Of a DNA stretch of 64,000 bases, positions 37,995 to 51,146 are shown one piece after another. The stretch comes from Nemertoderma westbladi. Lineage: Eukaryota > Animalia > Xenacoelomorpha. The position numbers and the translations under genes were made by a program. Below the pieces are notes generated by a model. It made no database searches. It was not told the origin of the DNA and worked only from the letters and a program-made list of their open reading frames with translations. How positions within the stretch are numbered: position 1 is the stretch's first letter; each line of letters begins with the position of its first letter. The DNA lies in NCBI GenBank assembly GCA_032718475.1, contig JAUCBJ010008219.1, positions 1-64,000 on the forward strand, given 5' to 3'.

Positions 37995-39160
37995 ATGACG
38001 TTAGTCTTGGTGTAGACTGTAGAGTGGTACACTGTGAGACGTTATTGGCGGTGTCGACTGGTACACTGCGAGACTTTATTGTGGTGTAGACTGGTACACT
38101 GAGCGACGTTAGCGTTGGTGTAGACTGGTACACTGCGATACATTAGTGTTGGTGTAGACTGGTACACTGAGAGACGTTAGTGTTGGTGTAGACTGGTACA
38201 CTGAGAGACGTTAATTTTGGTGTAGACTGGCACACTGAGACGTTAGCGTTGGTGTAGACTGGTACACTTCGAGACTTTAGTGTTGGTTTAGACTGGTACA
38301 CTGCGAGACTTTAGTGTTGGTTTAGACTGGTACACTACGAGACGTTAGTGTTGGTGTAGACTGGTACAATGTGATACGTTAATTTTGGTGTAGACTGGCA
38401 CACCGCGAGACTTAAGTGTTGGTTTAGACTGGTACACAGCGAGGCGTTAGTGTTGGTGTAGACTGGTACACTGGGAGACGTTAATTTTGGTGTAGACTGG
38501 CACACTGAGACGTTAGCGTTGGTGTAGACTGGTACACTTCGAGACTTTAGTGTTGGTTTAGACTGGTACACTGCGAGACTTTAGTGTTGGTTTAGACTGG
38601 TACACTACGAGACGTTAGTGTTGGTGTAGACTGGTACAATGTGATACGTTAATTTTGGTGTAGACTGGCACACCGCGAGACGTAAGTGTTGGTTTAGACT
38701 GGTACACTGCGAGACTTTAGTGTTGGTTTAGACTGGTACACTGCGAGACTTTAGTGTTGGTTTAGACTGGTACACTACGAGACGTTATTGTTGGTGTAGA
38801 CTGGTACACAGCGATGCGTTAGTGTTGGTGTAGACTGGTACACTGAGAGACGTTAATTTTGGTGTAGACTGGCACACTAAGACTTTAGTGTTGGTTTAGA
38901 CTGGTACACTGCGTGACGTTAGTGTTGGTTTAGACTGGTACACTGGGAGACGTTAGTGTTGGTGTAGACTGGTACACTTCGAGACTTTAGTGTTGGTTTA
39001 GACTGGTACAATGCGAGACTTTAGTGTTCGTTTAGACTGGTACACTACGAGACGTTAGTGTTGGTGTAGACTGGTACAATACGAGACGTTAGTGTTGGTG
39101 TGGACTGGTACACAGCGAGACATTAGGGGTGTAGACTTGTGCACTGAGAGACGTTAGTGC
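37995..39160. repeat. 32-bp minisatellite
   Basis: Head-to-tail copies of gagacgttagtgttggtgtagactggtacact with higher-order duplication; no unique spacers. Confidence 0.95.
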
Positions 39161-39212
39161 CGTTATCTCTAACGTTGGCATTCAAAGTATTGTATTAAAT
39201 TACCATTTTTAT

Positions 39213-39727
39213 ACACCATGGCCCGGAATATAGTGTCGTAATTCAATGAAACGAACCCCCCCCCCCCCCCCCCCCCCAAATGTTTCTACAAATCGTAATG
39301 ATAAATGAGATGATGAGCCATTATTTTTATTTTTGCTTTCAATCTTTAGCTACAAGCGATAAAAAAAAGAGTCTCCGCCGATATTGCACTAGTTCCACCG
39401 CAGTTATTCTTCAACCTTATAGTGATTTGTTGGTGCTGATGTAAAGCTGGCTGTGCAAGGATTCCAAGGATGTAAAAACATTTGAATTTGGTTGGGAAAT
39501 AGCTGCAATGTAACTGGTGCAATATCGCCGGCGACTCTTTTTTGTACAGTAGCTATAGATTAAAAGCAAAAATAAAAATTCCGGCTCTCCCACTAAGTGG
39601 TCGGGAAATGAAATCCTCTCCGTTTCAAATTTCAATCAATCTCATTAGACTTGTAGAAAAATTGGCGGGGGGGGGGGGGGGGGGGTCGTGTCATTGAATT
39701 ATGGCACTATATTCCAGGCCATGGTGT
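39213..39727. mobile_element. Palindromic MITE with poly-C/poly-G tracts in its TIRs
   Basis: acaccatggcccggaatatagtg..aattcaatga..C-run / G-run..tcattgaatt..cactatattccaggccatggtgt; a related partial copy lies at ~55090-55285. Confidence 0.75.
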
Positions 39728-40135
39728 TGTATGTATATCACGATGACAATTATCCCAGTTCAATAACTTCGCCAATTCGCACGAAATTCCGTAACGATCT
39801 GGTTTGTATTTCCGTAACGACACCAATAAAGCTGTAACACCAAATTGATTGCTAAATATGCTTAATCTTTACCATGGCGGACATTTTGAACATCTCTACT
39901 TATGCGCAATATGTTTAGTTTATATTTAAAACTCAATAATTCGCAGAACTCTCACTTTAAAAAAATTCAAAAAAAAGCATTGTCTTTTTTGTGTAATTCC
40001 GTAACGTAATGTTTGCGATATTAAAAATAATAAATCCGAGGCAAATTGTATAAAACTAACGAAACCAATGTGTTCTCTGATAATTTGTCTTACTATGCTC
40101 CACAAATTAAAGTTCATTTAAGTCATCTTCGAAAC

Positions 40136-40950
40136 ACCATAATATAGCTAGGCCCTACTGGTTATTAATAGCTATACACCGCCTACCGGTAGGTAATGCA
40201 GTAGGCCTATCTGGCTGTCAGGCAAATTTCCACCTATTGTTTACGTGGTATCCAATGACGGCGTTAAGTAATGTCCCCTTAGTGGACATTACTTAACGCC
40301 GTCATGGGTTACCACGTAAACAATAACACCAAATACAATACTAAAAGTACATGCCAATACAATGCTGTAATGTCCTCTAAAGTTGTAAAGTGCTAAATAA
40401 CAACTCGCTGTTTATACTAACGGCGTTGAGTAATGTTAAAATTTTGGAATAAAGTACTTTGCAACAAGTATGTATATGTAGTTTTATTCAAAAATTTTAA
40501 CATTACGAAATGATACATTGATATATTATAAGTGAAAGAAACTGCACAAATTAAATTAGTTGCTGTATAACTAAATCTAAAAATGTCATAAATTATGTTA
40601 TAAATAAGTTAGCTTATATTTATGGTGGCGTTTGGAGCCATGTTATAATAATATAGCTAGGCCAAAATGGTTATTAATAGCTATACACCGCCTACCGGTA
40701 GGTAATGCAGTAGGCCTATCTGGCTGTCAGGCAAATTTCCACCTATTGTTTACGTGGTAACAAATGACGCCGTAACTTTACAGCCCGCCCTCATTGGTTA
40801 CCACATAAACATTTAAACAAGGGACACACCCAATACAATACTAAATGTACAGGCCAATACAATGCTGTAATGTCCTCTAAAGCTGTAAAGTGCTAAATAA
40901 CAACTCGCTGTTAATACTAACGGCGTTGATTAATGTTACAATTTTGGAAT
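40136..40950. repeat. ~310-bp direct duplication containing a palindrome
   Basis: 40136-40452 matches 40645-40952. Confidence 0.8.
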
Positions 40951-41297
40951 AGAATACCTTAACGTAGAGTCCTCCAGTTAGTGCAACGGAGCTTTGAGAC
41001 GCTGGCTTCCGTTAGTTAAAGCCGCCGTTTTTTTTAACGGAGGTTTCGTGCCGCTTATGATTTTATTTAACGGCGCCGTTAGCACTAACGGAGCTTACTT
41101 GTCGCCCGCCCCTGAAATTTACCTTTTAATATTCTAAATTCCATTCATTTCTGCATCATGCATTCGATCTCAACCTTTTGATGACGTTTCGACTTCCACT
41201 TCCAGCACTGAAACTTATACCGGTAATTAGAATCATAATGTGTATTTTTGAGGCTGTAATTATGGAACTATAAATTTAGTTCAAATATGTTAAAATT

Positions 41298-41545
41298 CAG
41301 CTTGGTCTAGTGGTGACATTACTGGGCTTCCGATTAGGGAGCCCTGGTTCGATCCCTAGATGGGGCGGTACTGTTTGGGCACAGTGCTTTAAATGCTGCA
41401 GCCTAGCCCAACCCCGGCTTTCATCCTTCTGTGGTCGATAAATGGGAACCAAGGCAACTTGGGAAACAGAGTGGAAGGGTTTACTGTGGAAGATCACCCA
41501 TGGTGGTGAACAGGCATTCCTTGGCTTAACGAGCCTAAAAAAAAG
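41298..41545 (+). mobile_element. tRNA-derived SINE with a Meta-domain-like core
   Basis: Pol III A box tggtctagtgg, B box ggttcgatccc, core ctttcatccttctgtggtcgataaatg..accaag, A-rich tail. Confidence 0.75.
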
Positions 41546-41604
41546 ATTCTCCCATTTTCACATTTTTAATAGTTAATAATAATAATTGATCCATCATAAC
41601 TTAC

Positions 41605-41743
41605 TTGTTTATCGAATGGATAATACGTGACATCGATGCGACAAGATGTTTCGCTTATCGCCGGACGTAACCAACTCACTTCCCCTTTGTAGTTGATCAG
41701 GATGTCTGTAGAATCAGCCTCATGGGAAGACAATATCTTAACC
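41605..41743 (-). CDS. Internal exon of a Cys-loop ligand-gated ion channel (nAChR-like) gene
   Basis: VKILSSHEADSTDILINYKGEVSWLRPAISETSCRIDVTYYPFDKQ (G.V.W..P....SC..DV..YPFD.Q); acceptor gtttcag| and donor |gtaagt, with the intron after PFDxQ as is typical for this family. Confidence 0.85.
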
Positions 41744-42509
41744 CTGAAACAATACACAACTAAATAATATAATTACAAGTTACTTTGGAAACATTTTTAC
41801 TGAAGAAATGTACTAAAATAATGCGTGTAATAATTTTCACTTTACTATCAGTAAAGTGAATATTATACGAAAACGGTTTAGGAACTCTTCTTTATTATTA
41901 ATTATGATAAACTTTCATATAGAAAAAAATACAATCATCGAAAGCCGTTAACGCGGTCCTGTAAATTTAAAAACGAAAACTTAACCCAATAAAACGGGCG
42001 GCACTGAATGCTTTGGGTGGAGACAGGCTTTGGGGGAAATTTCTTAGAACTTCGGGAGTTTCTTATATTTTCACACACGTGTGCTTTGCACTTATCAATT
42101 CAGTGTATTGTGGTTGCAATGAGCTATAAATCAGTTTCATGGCTCCAAAGGGGGAATCGTGATAATTTTATTTTTTTTTATTTTACTAGGATGTACTTAC
42201 AATACTGTACTTACAATTAAATGTAATGTAGGTAGATTTTTAGAGTCAGGATCAAGGAAGGGAAACTGAATGGCAGGTTACAGGGTTAGCTAATTAGCAG
42301 AGGGGTGCAGAGCTGGTAGACGCTAATGCTATCCACCGTATTGTGCATGATTTGGGGAGGCACCAAGGCGACTTGGGAGGCACTAATCAGACACAGACTA
42401 AGGTAATACTTTAACTACTATAATGAGTAACAATTAAACTAGAGTTAGTGCAAAGCATAATAAATATCCCCTCCCATAAATGTAAGGGGGGGGGGGGGGG
42501 GGGGGGGGG

Positions 42510-43080
42510 TATGGCATACTTTTAGTATTAAAACCCCATTTTATTATTCACTCATATTTTTTTAAGGAAAATAATTATGTACTCTTATTTTTATATGTGT
42601 AACTAATTTAATTGCATTATGTTCTCATTTTAAAATGAGTACACCTATAATTCGGGAAATTTTGCAATTTTGTACTCATATTTTTATAAGAGTCACTAAT
42701 TCAAAGAATTATGTACTCATTTTAAAATGAGTACACCATTAATTCGGAACATCTTTCAATTTTGTACTCATATTTTTATAAGAGTCACTAATTCAAAGAA
42801 TTATGTACTCATTTTAAAATGAGTACACCATTAATTCGGAAAACCTTGCAATTTTGTACTCATATTTTAGCCAATCGCGAATTTGCGCCTCATCTTTTAA
42901 TAATTGTCACCCATCTTTTAACCAATCACGAATTTGCGCCTCATCTTCGAATAATTGCCACCCATCTTTTAGCCAATCGCGAATTTGCGCCTCATCTTTG
43001 AAAATGTCACCCATCTTTTAACCAATCACGAATTTGCGCCTCATCTTCGAATAATTGCCACCCATCTTTTAGCCAATCAT
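42510..43080 (+). repeat. Left TIR with subterminal repeats
   Basis: tgtactcatattttt/aaaatgagtaca units and ccaatc(a/g)cgaatttgcgcctcatctt units, mirrored at 53960-54534. Confidence 0.9.
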
Positions 43081-43788
43081 TGATAAGGCCTTTCTCCACT
43101 GTTGTAAAGAAGTATAAAGGGTGAATCGGACTACTGTTGAAATCATATGGTTTCTGTGATAGCTTATGATAACGACGGTACATAAAGTTGCTGCACTGGC
43201 TATCGAGAGTTTAAGATTTACTAGTGGATGTGGGTGATTGGGTCTGTAAAAGTGGGCATAACATAAATGATTACTAGGCCTAAGTTGTATTGCCGTCATT
43301 AGTATCTTAGTCACTATTATTTACTTAATGTAGTTAGTGTTTCTAAGTTTCCAAAATTTTAATTGAGAAAAATACATTACTATATTGTAATTACTATATT
43401 GTAATTACTCATATTGTATTATTATTACTATATCATACTTTATCAATAAAGATAAGTACAGAGATAGCGGAGTCAAGATACAGGAAAGTAGAGTTTAGTT
43501 AAGTGTAATCTACAAAACATTATTAAATACAATGTTAATACAAGTAAGTTGTATCTAAGAAGCAAAACATTAAACCGGTAATATTTCTGACCAGTTGTTA
43601 CACGAGCTTAGTTGCATTCGTAAATTTTCAGAAGTGAACATAGAGTTAAAATAGAAACTAATTTTTTATCCTATTTTGGAACTAATTCTGACATTAGGCC
43701 ATGTAATCTGGTACTGATAAACTGTACAGTGTAGACTATACATAACATTTGTGTAGCTTAGAGCTTATCATAATTCGTTGTGTTTGGA

Positions 43789-44055
43789 ATGGACCAAGAA
43801 CAGCGTCGCTGCTGTAATTTACTTTATGGTGATGATAATATTTATTGCACAAGATGTGGACACCGTTTACAACAGTTGTCAGTGCCTCAACATCCTGTAG
43901 TTGATCTTACAACAACGACGACGTCTACGAGTAATCAGAATTGGTCGTTAGTTAACCCAAATGGTAGTGGACCTGGACAGTTACAATTTCCAAACACTCA
44001 AAACATTAACAGGCCAAGGCGCCCAGCAGAGCTTATAGAGGAATTGAATGCTACA
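43789..44055 (+). pseudogene. Transposon-borne HECT ligase gene, N-terminal part (zinc-ribbon-like), split by LINE
   Basis: MDQEQRRCC...YCTRCGHRL...ELIEELNAT joins in frame to FAPYGSG at 49302 once the LINE and one TACA duplication are removed. Confidence 0.75.
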
Positions 44056-44194
44056 GCCTAGCTAGTCCGCCTCCTACAGTCCTACTTGGTGCAGTCGCTT
44101 AGTATATAGACGTGCTTAGTCGCACCTTATATTGGAGTTAAACCTATACTGGCCTACCTGTATGCTGTATAAATTTTATATAAATATATTTATA

Positions 44195-45214
44195 ATGGCG
44201 GCCGCGGTTTCCACAAGCAACAACTATGATCCTCTTCTTGGAATGACAGAATCCCTTAGCCAACTCCGGTCGGATCTCAATGAAGAGCACGAAATAGTCG
44301 CTGGATCTATGGAGAACCTCGACCACATTATACGGGACATGGTTACCAAGGAAATAAATTCCATAGGCCTATCTAAAACCATGCGACATACCGGTACAAG
44401 TAACCATAATGTTGATATTGCCGAGAAAACCGTAGATGCAATATGTCAAAACGTCTACAAAGCTGTTAGTCACGATATAGGCGATTTACGACAGACGTTG
44501 CAGAAATCTATGGATAAACTCTCAAATATGTCTCGTACCATATGTCAACTAGCTGACGCGATAGATGAGCAGGAACAATACTCGCGGAGGAACTGTATTC
44601 TTATTCATGGGTATGGGCTCCCATTGCCTAATAACGACATCGACCTCCCAGCACGAGAAGTTGTGAAACTCCTTAACACGAAACTCGGGATAGAATTGTC
44701 TCTAAACGATGTTGACCGCTGTCACAACCTCAGCCGATCCAATACTGTGTCAAGTAACAAGGGATCAAAGGAACTCTGCATCGTTAAGTTCACGAACTAT
44801 CGGTCAAAGGCTAAGGTAGTCACAAAGAGACGACTCCTTAAGGGAACCAATATCCTCATCACGGATAGTTTAACAAAACAGCGTGGTGCTCTGCTTACTA
44901 AAGCGAAAGCTAAAGGCGGGCCACATTCCGCATGGAGCTCGGATGGAAGGATCTTGGTCGCTCGAACCAGTGGATCACCGATGGTGATTTCGTGTCTTGC
45001 CGACATTGAAGCATGGGTACCTCCATCATCTAAAGCACCGTCGGTTGTACCCTACAAGCCGAAGGACCTGGGAAAGAATGCCACAACCAAGACCACACCC
45101 AATGCTGCAATGGTTGCTCCAGCTACATCCCCGACACGTTTGGAAAAACGTCAATCACAGACACCATCACTGGTCCAAGGAACTATCCCTAAGCACAAGA
45201 AGGGTAAAAAGTAA
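44195..45214 (+). CDS. LINE ORF1 protein
   Basis: Coiled coil, then EQEQYSRRNCILIHG, DVDRCHNL, IVKFTNY, ITDSLTK, AWSSDGRI. Confidence 0.88.
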   Translation: MAAAVSTSNNYDPLLGMTESLSQLRSDLNEEHEIVAGSMENLDHIIRDMVTKEINSIGLSKTMRHTGTSNHNVDIAEKTVDAICQNVYKAVSHDIGDLRQTLQKSMDKLSNMSRTICQLADAIDEQEQYSRRNCILIHGYGLPLPNNDIDLPAREVVKLLNTKLGIELSLNDVDRCHNLSRSNTVSSNKGSKELCIVKFTNYRSKAKVVTKRRLLKGTNILITDSLTKQRGALLTKAKAKGGPHSAWSSDGRILVARTSGSPMVISCLADIEAWVPPSSKAPSVVPYKPKDLGKNATTKTTPNAAMVAPATSPTRLEKRQSQTPSLVQGTIPKHKKGKK

Positions 45215-45278
45215 GTACATAGGTTCACATGACTAATGAACTTTTCATTATTTGTATGTATGTGTAATTAAAATTATC

Positions 45279-48200
45279 ATGGCTAAGAAGCCCTCTGAAA
45301 ATGTGAAAAATAATATATGCACTGTATATCCTTGTGGTTCCTGTAATGTAACGGTAGGCAAAAACCAAATGGCCATTTGTTGTGATCACTGCAATAACTG
45401 GATACACCTAAAATGTATCTCGTCTAATTATTTGAGGTCTGACTACCGTTGTTTTCAAAACTCGAAATATTCCTGGTACTGTTCACACTGCATAGCTGCA
45501 TCATTACCATTTCAGTGGATTGCAGATGAGGATGAATACAAATTAACAATTACAGACTATAGAATTCCAGGAACAATAAATATTGAGGCTCTTGATAGTA
45601 TATATTTTGAACCCTACAAAATTTCAGCTGATAATGAAAATGATTTCGATGGAGATATAAATCCAAATTTAAACTTTACTGCTGACCACTCTGCTATCCG
45701 CAACTGTCAATATTATTTTTCAGACGACTTTAATAGTAAATATACCGGTACTACTAGTGTTGACAATGATATCTCAATGATTCATTTCAACTCACGCAGT
45801 CTGTGCTCGAGTTTTGAAAATATAACTTCATACCTTGATCAATTAGACGTTAAATTCAATTACATTGGAATTTCGGAGAGTTGGCTAAATGAACGGCGCC
45901 ATGATCTTACAAAATATGACATCCCGGGTTACACTCCATTCTTTGACTGCCGCTCCGAAGAGTCTGGAGGCGGTATTGCACTCTATGTATCTGAAAATAT
46001 ATCAGCGGTACCCAGAAAGGACCTGAAAATCAAGCGATCAAATGACTATGATATGCAAATTCTATTCACTGAAATTTCTCAACCTAAATCTAAAAATATT
46101 TTAATTGGTGTTATTTATCGGCCACCCGGTTTAGACATTCAAGATAGTATTGGAAAATTAAATGATGTTTTTAAAAAAATTACAGATGAAGGAAAAACAT
46201 GTTACCTAATGGGAGATATTAATGTTGACTTGCTTAAAGCGGATTGTCATAACAACACCCGTGATTTCTTTAACTTTCTAACGTCATTCAACTTCTCTCC
46301 CACTATTTCTAAACCAACACGAATCACTGAAACCTCATCCACCCTCATAGATAACATATTCACAAACTCCCCAGCTTCTGGTATGAACTCCGGTTAACTT
46401 ATTGCCGCAATCACTGATCATCTTCCCGTGTTTTTGTTTGGTAATGCCATATCCACAAAATCAATACGAAACAAACATACCTACATTCTTAAACGGAAAA
46501 TTACAACCCAAAAACTCAGGGATTTTAATGAGTGCCTGGGCAATGTGAGCTGGGAAGACGTATATGATACAATAGATGCTACACCCCATGAAGCCTATAA
46601 TGTGTTTCTAAACAATTATAGCATTCAATACAATACATTTTTTCCTCTCCAACGCATAAAAGTATCAAACTCATTAACTCCATGGATCACTGAAAGTATA
46701 ATACGATGTGTAAACAAAAAAGACAGATTATATCTCATCCATATTACAAATCCTTCTCCTGAACATACTCTAAAATTTAAAAAATACCAACACGCACTTA
46801 AAACCATTATCAGGAAAGCAAAATATGACTACATGAATAAGGCTCTTGATTTAAATACCAATAGTCTGAAGAAAATATGGACATCTATAAACCTACTAAT
46901 TAATAAACGAAATAAAAATCCAGCCCCATCACTAATATTCCATAATAAAAAAGCCATCACCAACCCAACAAAGATTGCTGCTGTGTTTAATGACTATTAT
47001 AGTAAAGTAGGTAGTAAACTTGACTCAGAAATCCCTATCCATGACTGCTCACCATTAGACTACCTCACTAATACCATGATACCACACCGCCTAAGGGATT
47101 TCACCGCAGTCACAGAACAGCAGTTAATTGAAATCACAAAAAAACTGAATCACAAAGCTGGTGCAGGGTGCGATGGATTAGGTGCCAAGGTAATAATACC
47201 CACGATTAAGAACATTGCTAAGCCTCTAACCTTCATTATAAACTTTTCCCTGGCTACCGGCATTGTCCCAGATATCATGAAAATTGCCCGAGTGATTCCA
47301 GTGTTTAAATCTGGAGATTCTACTATCCCTATAAACTACCGGCCTATATCAGTCCTACCTTTCTTCTCAAAACTAATAGAAAAGGTTGCATACGAACAAC
47401 TTCTTGTGTATATAACTAAACAAGCAGTCCTTACACCCGACCAATTCGGATTCCGAAACAACAGATCCACCCAATATGCATTACTCAGTGTATTAGACTA
47501 TATAACTGAAGCCTTAGACAACCACAAAATGACCCTGGGTATCTCAATCGACCTATCAAAGGCCTTCGACACTGTGAATCACTCTATCCTCATTGACAAA
47601 TTGAATCATTATGGAGTCACGGGTGTCCCTCTTGCTTGGTTCACTAATTACCTATGCAATCGCCAGCAATACGTTGAAATCAATGGTGCTAAATCAGATC
47701 TGTGTACCCTGACCCACGGCGTACCCCAGGGCTCAATACTGGGTCCTCTGCTGTTCATAATATATGTCAATGACCTGGTAAATGTATCCAAACTATTTAA
47801 ACATATCCTTTTTGCAGATGATACGAATTTGCTTTTATCAGGTTCAGACATAAATAACATTATTAATACCTCTAACACTGAACTGGACAAACTAACAAAA
47901 TGGTTTCAAATAAATAGACTGTCACTGAATGTGGACAAAACCAATTATATTATATTCTATCAGACTAATATAAAAAATTATAATACCGATACACAAAAAG
48001 TAACTATAAATGGGAAAATAATAAAACAAAAACAATGTATAAAATTCCTAGGCGTTCTAATCGACGAAAATTTAACTTGGAAAGATCACATATCCCACAT
48101 ACACACCAAAGTAAGTAGGAATGTAGGAATCATAAATAGAATTAAATCATTCTCACCAACCCCAGTTCTCACTAAATTATATTACTCACTGATAGAACCT

Positions 48201-48704
48201 TATTTTAATTACTGCATCTCTGTTTGGGGCCAAGCGTTAATGCAATCAAGTTCGGATACAGCTACACAGACTTCGAGTAAATATAAGGGTCCCCGCCGAC
48301 GTAGACGCAAACCTAAAAACCAAACAATGAGCATCCGTAAATTACATAACCTACAACAACGCGCATTTAAAATAATTAAATACCACAACCCAACGTTTAA
48401 CCCACACTGCATACGTTCTCTTTACATTTCACAAGTAGGTGCAATCTGTTTCAAGTACATCAATGGATTACTCCCGAAGGATATTTTTCCACATCTTTTG
48501 ACTCCGGTAAACCAAATTCACTATCATCAAACCCGTGGATCGTCTCAGAATAAATGCTTCATTGTTAGACATAGGTTAAAATTACGAAACAATTCCATAT
48601 TTATACAAGCCCCACACATATGGAATTCTCTGCCTGCTGATGCACGACGGGCCGCTTCTTTTAACTCGTTTAAACAAAAACTTTCAGTGCATCTATTAAA
48701 ATAA
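45279..48704 (+). pseudogene. LINE ORF2 (PHD finger + AP endonuclease + RT) with one in-frame stop
   Basis: C..C...CCDHCNNWIHLKC...WYCSHC (PHD); HFNSRS, ISESWL, GGGIALY, IYRPP, GDIN, TDHLP (EN); DLSKAFD, GVPQGSILGP, FADDT (RT). A single TAA at 46395-46397 separates two same-frame ORFs. Confidence 0.92.
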
Positions 48705-49301
48705 TTAAATTGTAGTATTACTTAATAGTTACTTTCGTTTAGTTTATAGTTTATATAATATCCATTACATTGTTTAACAGGTCTTTAAAATAAATGATGT
48801 ACCCTATCTTGTTGATGTAAGTACGTAAGTAGTTTGTTTATATTAGTTTAGATTAGGTGGATTATATTATGTACCCATCTTATAACTGTACTGTATATGC
48901 CCCCAACACATATATTTATGTGCCCATCTTTATATCTGTGTGTATATGCCCCCAAGAGTTTTTTTTTTTTTTGTTTTGTATTTGTTTTTACAGAATCTAT
49001 ATCTTAAAGTACTTCGGTTTATACCTACGAAATTGTTTTATACTTAATGCAATATATTAGAATTACTGTCAATATTACAATACTTAATTAGGCCTAATGT
49101 AGTTAATAATAAATAAATTAATCGCTGTGTTACTGGTGCCTGAAATAATGGGACTACCCGTCCAGGTACCAGCTACACGTAGAGTACATTATGTGCATGC
49201 ATATATTATATACAATAGTTATCAATTTATTTAGTACAAATTTGCTCTATATCTGTGTAGAAATTGTTAATAAATCTTATCTTATCTTATCTTATCTTAC
49301 A

Positions 49302-51146
49302 TTTGCTCCTTATGGTAGTGGAAGATCTACAGGATTGTCAGGACATATCAGTCGTCGGTCATCGAGTTCGAGTGGTAATCGAAGGACATTACCGACAGTG
49401 TCAACTAGTGGTAGTCGATCAAGTGGTAGGCCGCGTTCCTCCTCTGTAACGAAGTCAGTCATTGTTATCAAAACAGAAGAAGGCGATACTCGAGTTTGTA
49501 AAGATACCATTATTAAACAATGCATGGTAACATATACTGACAATTCCACTCAAGAAGAAGTGCGGTCAGTAATTATGAATTCATTATTAGCACCACCGTC
49601 ATGCAATTCTGACTTTGAGTTTATTAAAGTTTTCAATAAATCAATTCTACCCCTATCTGTGTCTGATAACTTTATATTTAATGGCCAGGCACTTAAATCG
49701 ATTTATCCTAGAGATAAACCAATATATGTTCGGATTGAAAATAGAAGCAGCAATGAGTCCACTGTTATAGTCCCAACTACGATTTCCGAGAATGATACAT
49801 TACCAACAACATTTTTGCAGGGGCAGGCAACCGTTGCGGAACATATCCCAATAACTTCCCCGCAAGTCATTAATAGAGAAGCCATACAAATATATTATGA
49901 TTCCATGTTAGTGGACGACTCTTCCGATGATGAATGTAATGAGAGAGACATGAATATAGCTCCATCCGGCAATATGGAAGGCATTATTGATGATGCACGC
50001 AATTGGAAATTAAGAAAGGAAGACTTGGCTGTTTTGAAGAATTTGCAGCATTACTATGAGTACGACGACACAATGCCAGGATACATAGATGTCGATCTTC
50101 TGCAAAAGATATTAATCCGCAGGAGAAAACTAATGGATGATGTAATAGAAAAGGTGCATAATCTTAACCCTGGAGAGGGTATTGTGGTAACATTTTCACG
50201 AGAGTCCGGTTGCGACCAAGGTGGCCTACGTCGTGATATGTTTGGAACATTTATTAATGCTTTAAGTAATTCCGCTCTGTTTTCGAATATTGATGGATTA
50301 ATAATACCCTCCGTAGCTGATATATCTAAGGTGGCCAATGGTCAATTTAGGGCATTAGGAAAAGTGTTGGCTATTGCAATTATACATGGCGAGCTTGTTA
50401 TTGGCATAATTCACCCTTTAGTTGGGCGATATATTGCATATAATGGCCAGGATGTTGGTTGTCTAGAATTTCTAGAATTGATTCACGAAGTTCCGGAAGT
50501 AATTACCAATTTGTTACAAGGAAACATCACAGACGAATTGCGATACAAGTCCTCCGAAATGGGATTGATTATGATTGAAGCGAATATTACTCGCAGTGAT
50601 TTAAGTCTGCGTAAGTTTGCAGAGTTGTTTCTGAAGTCGTTACTAATATTCAATAAAGGCGCTATAGATTCTCTGAAAGAAGGAATTCTGCCAATTCTGT
50701 CCACAAAAGATTTTCCAAGTCACCTTATCTATAAAGTCCTTTCTTGTTCCCCGGAAATAATGGTTTCCAAAATTTGGCGTGAAGCTGAATTCTTGGATCC
50801 TCTACAACCAGGCTCAAACGGTTACGAAAGGGAAGATGATATTTCATTTTGGTTTGGCACCTCATTTCAATGTTTAGATGACTGTGGCTCATTAGTTTGG
50901 GAACAACACACATTGACCAAATCTAATATTCTTCACTGGCTATGTGGCTCATCCCGGCCGACTATGGTCCCAAAACTAACTGTTTTATTTAAGTACTGCA
51001 AAGAAAATAATTGTAAATGTTATCTTACTTATTCCACGTGTGCAATGCAACTCACCATCCCTATTCATATCGATTCTGAACAAGAAGTGAAGCGGCTTTT
51101 AGTTGAATCCTATTTCGCTTCTGGGGCAGGCTTTGGCCGGTGTTAA
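49302..51146 (+). pseudogene. Transposon-borne HECT E3 ubiquitin ligase gene, C-terminal part
   Basis: VTFSRESGCDQGGLRRDMF, FRALGKVLAIAIIHG, ILHWLCGSSRP, catalytic-Cys region YSTCAMQLTIP and terminal GFG fit the HECT consensus. Reconstructed uninterrupted ORF is 703 aa. Confidence 0.82.

Larger units (their letters stand above)
44056..49297 (+). mobile_element. Near full-length CR1/L2-group LINE inserted in the HECT gene
   Basis: ORF1 plus ORF2 (PHD-EN-RT), AATAAA followed by a (TCTTA)n tail, short TACA duplication at both ends. Confidence 0.92.

Noticed and set aside
37995-39160. CRISPR-like regular 32-bp periodicity
   Set aside because: Units are contiguous with no unique spacers, no cas genes are present and the context is eukaryotic; it is a minisatellite.
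41122-41207. Possible next Cys-loop exon (minus strand, tttcag...gtaaat)
   Set aside because: All three frames contain stops and no xCxLxFGSW-like motif is present.
49191-49301. Hydrophobic N-terminus of the 651-aa ORF as a signal or TM segment
   Set aside because: It is read-through of the LINE 3' UTR and tail; the true N-terminus is at 43789.
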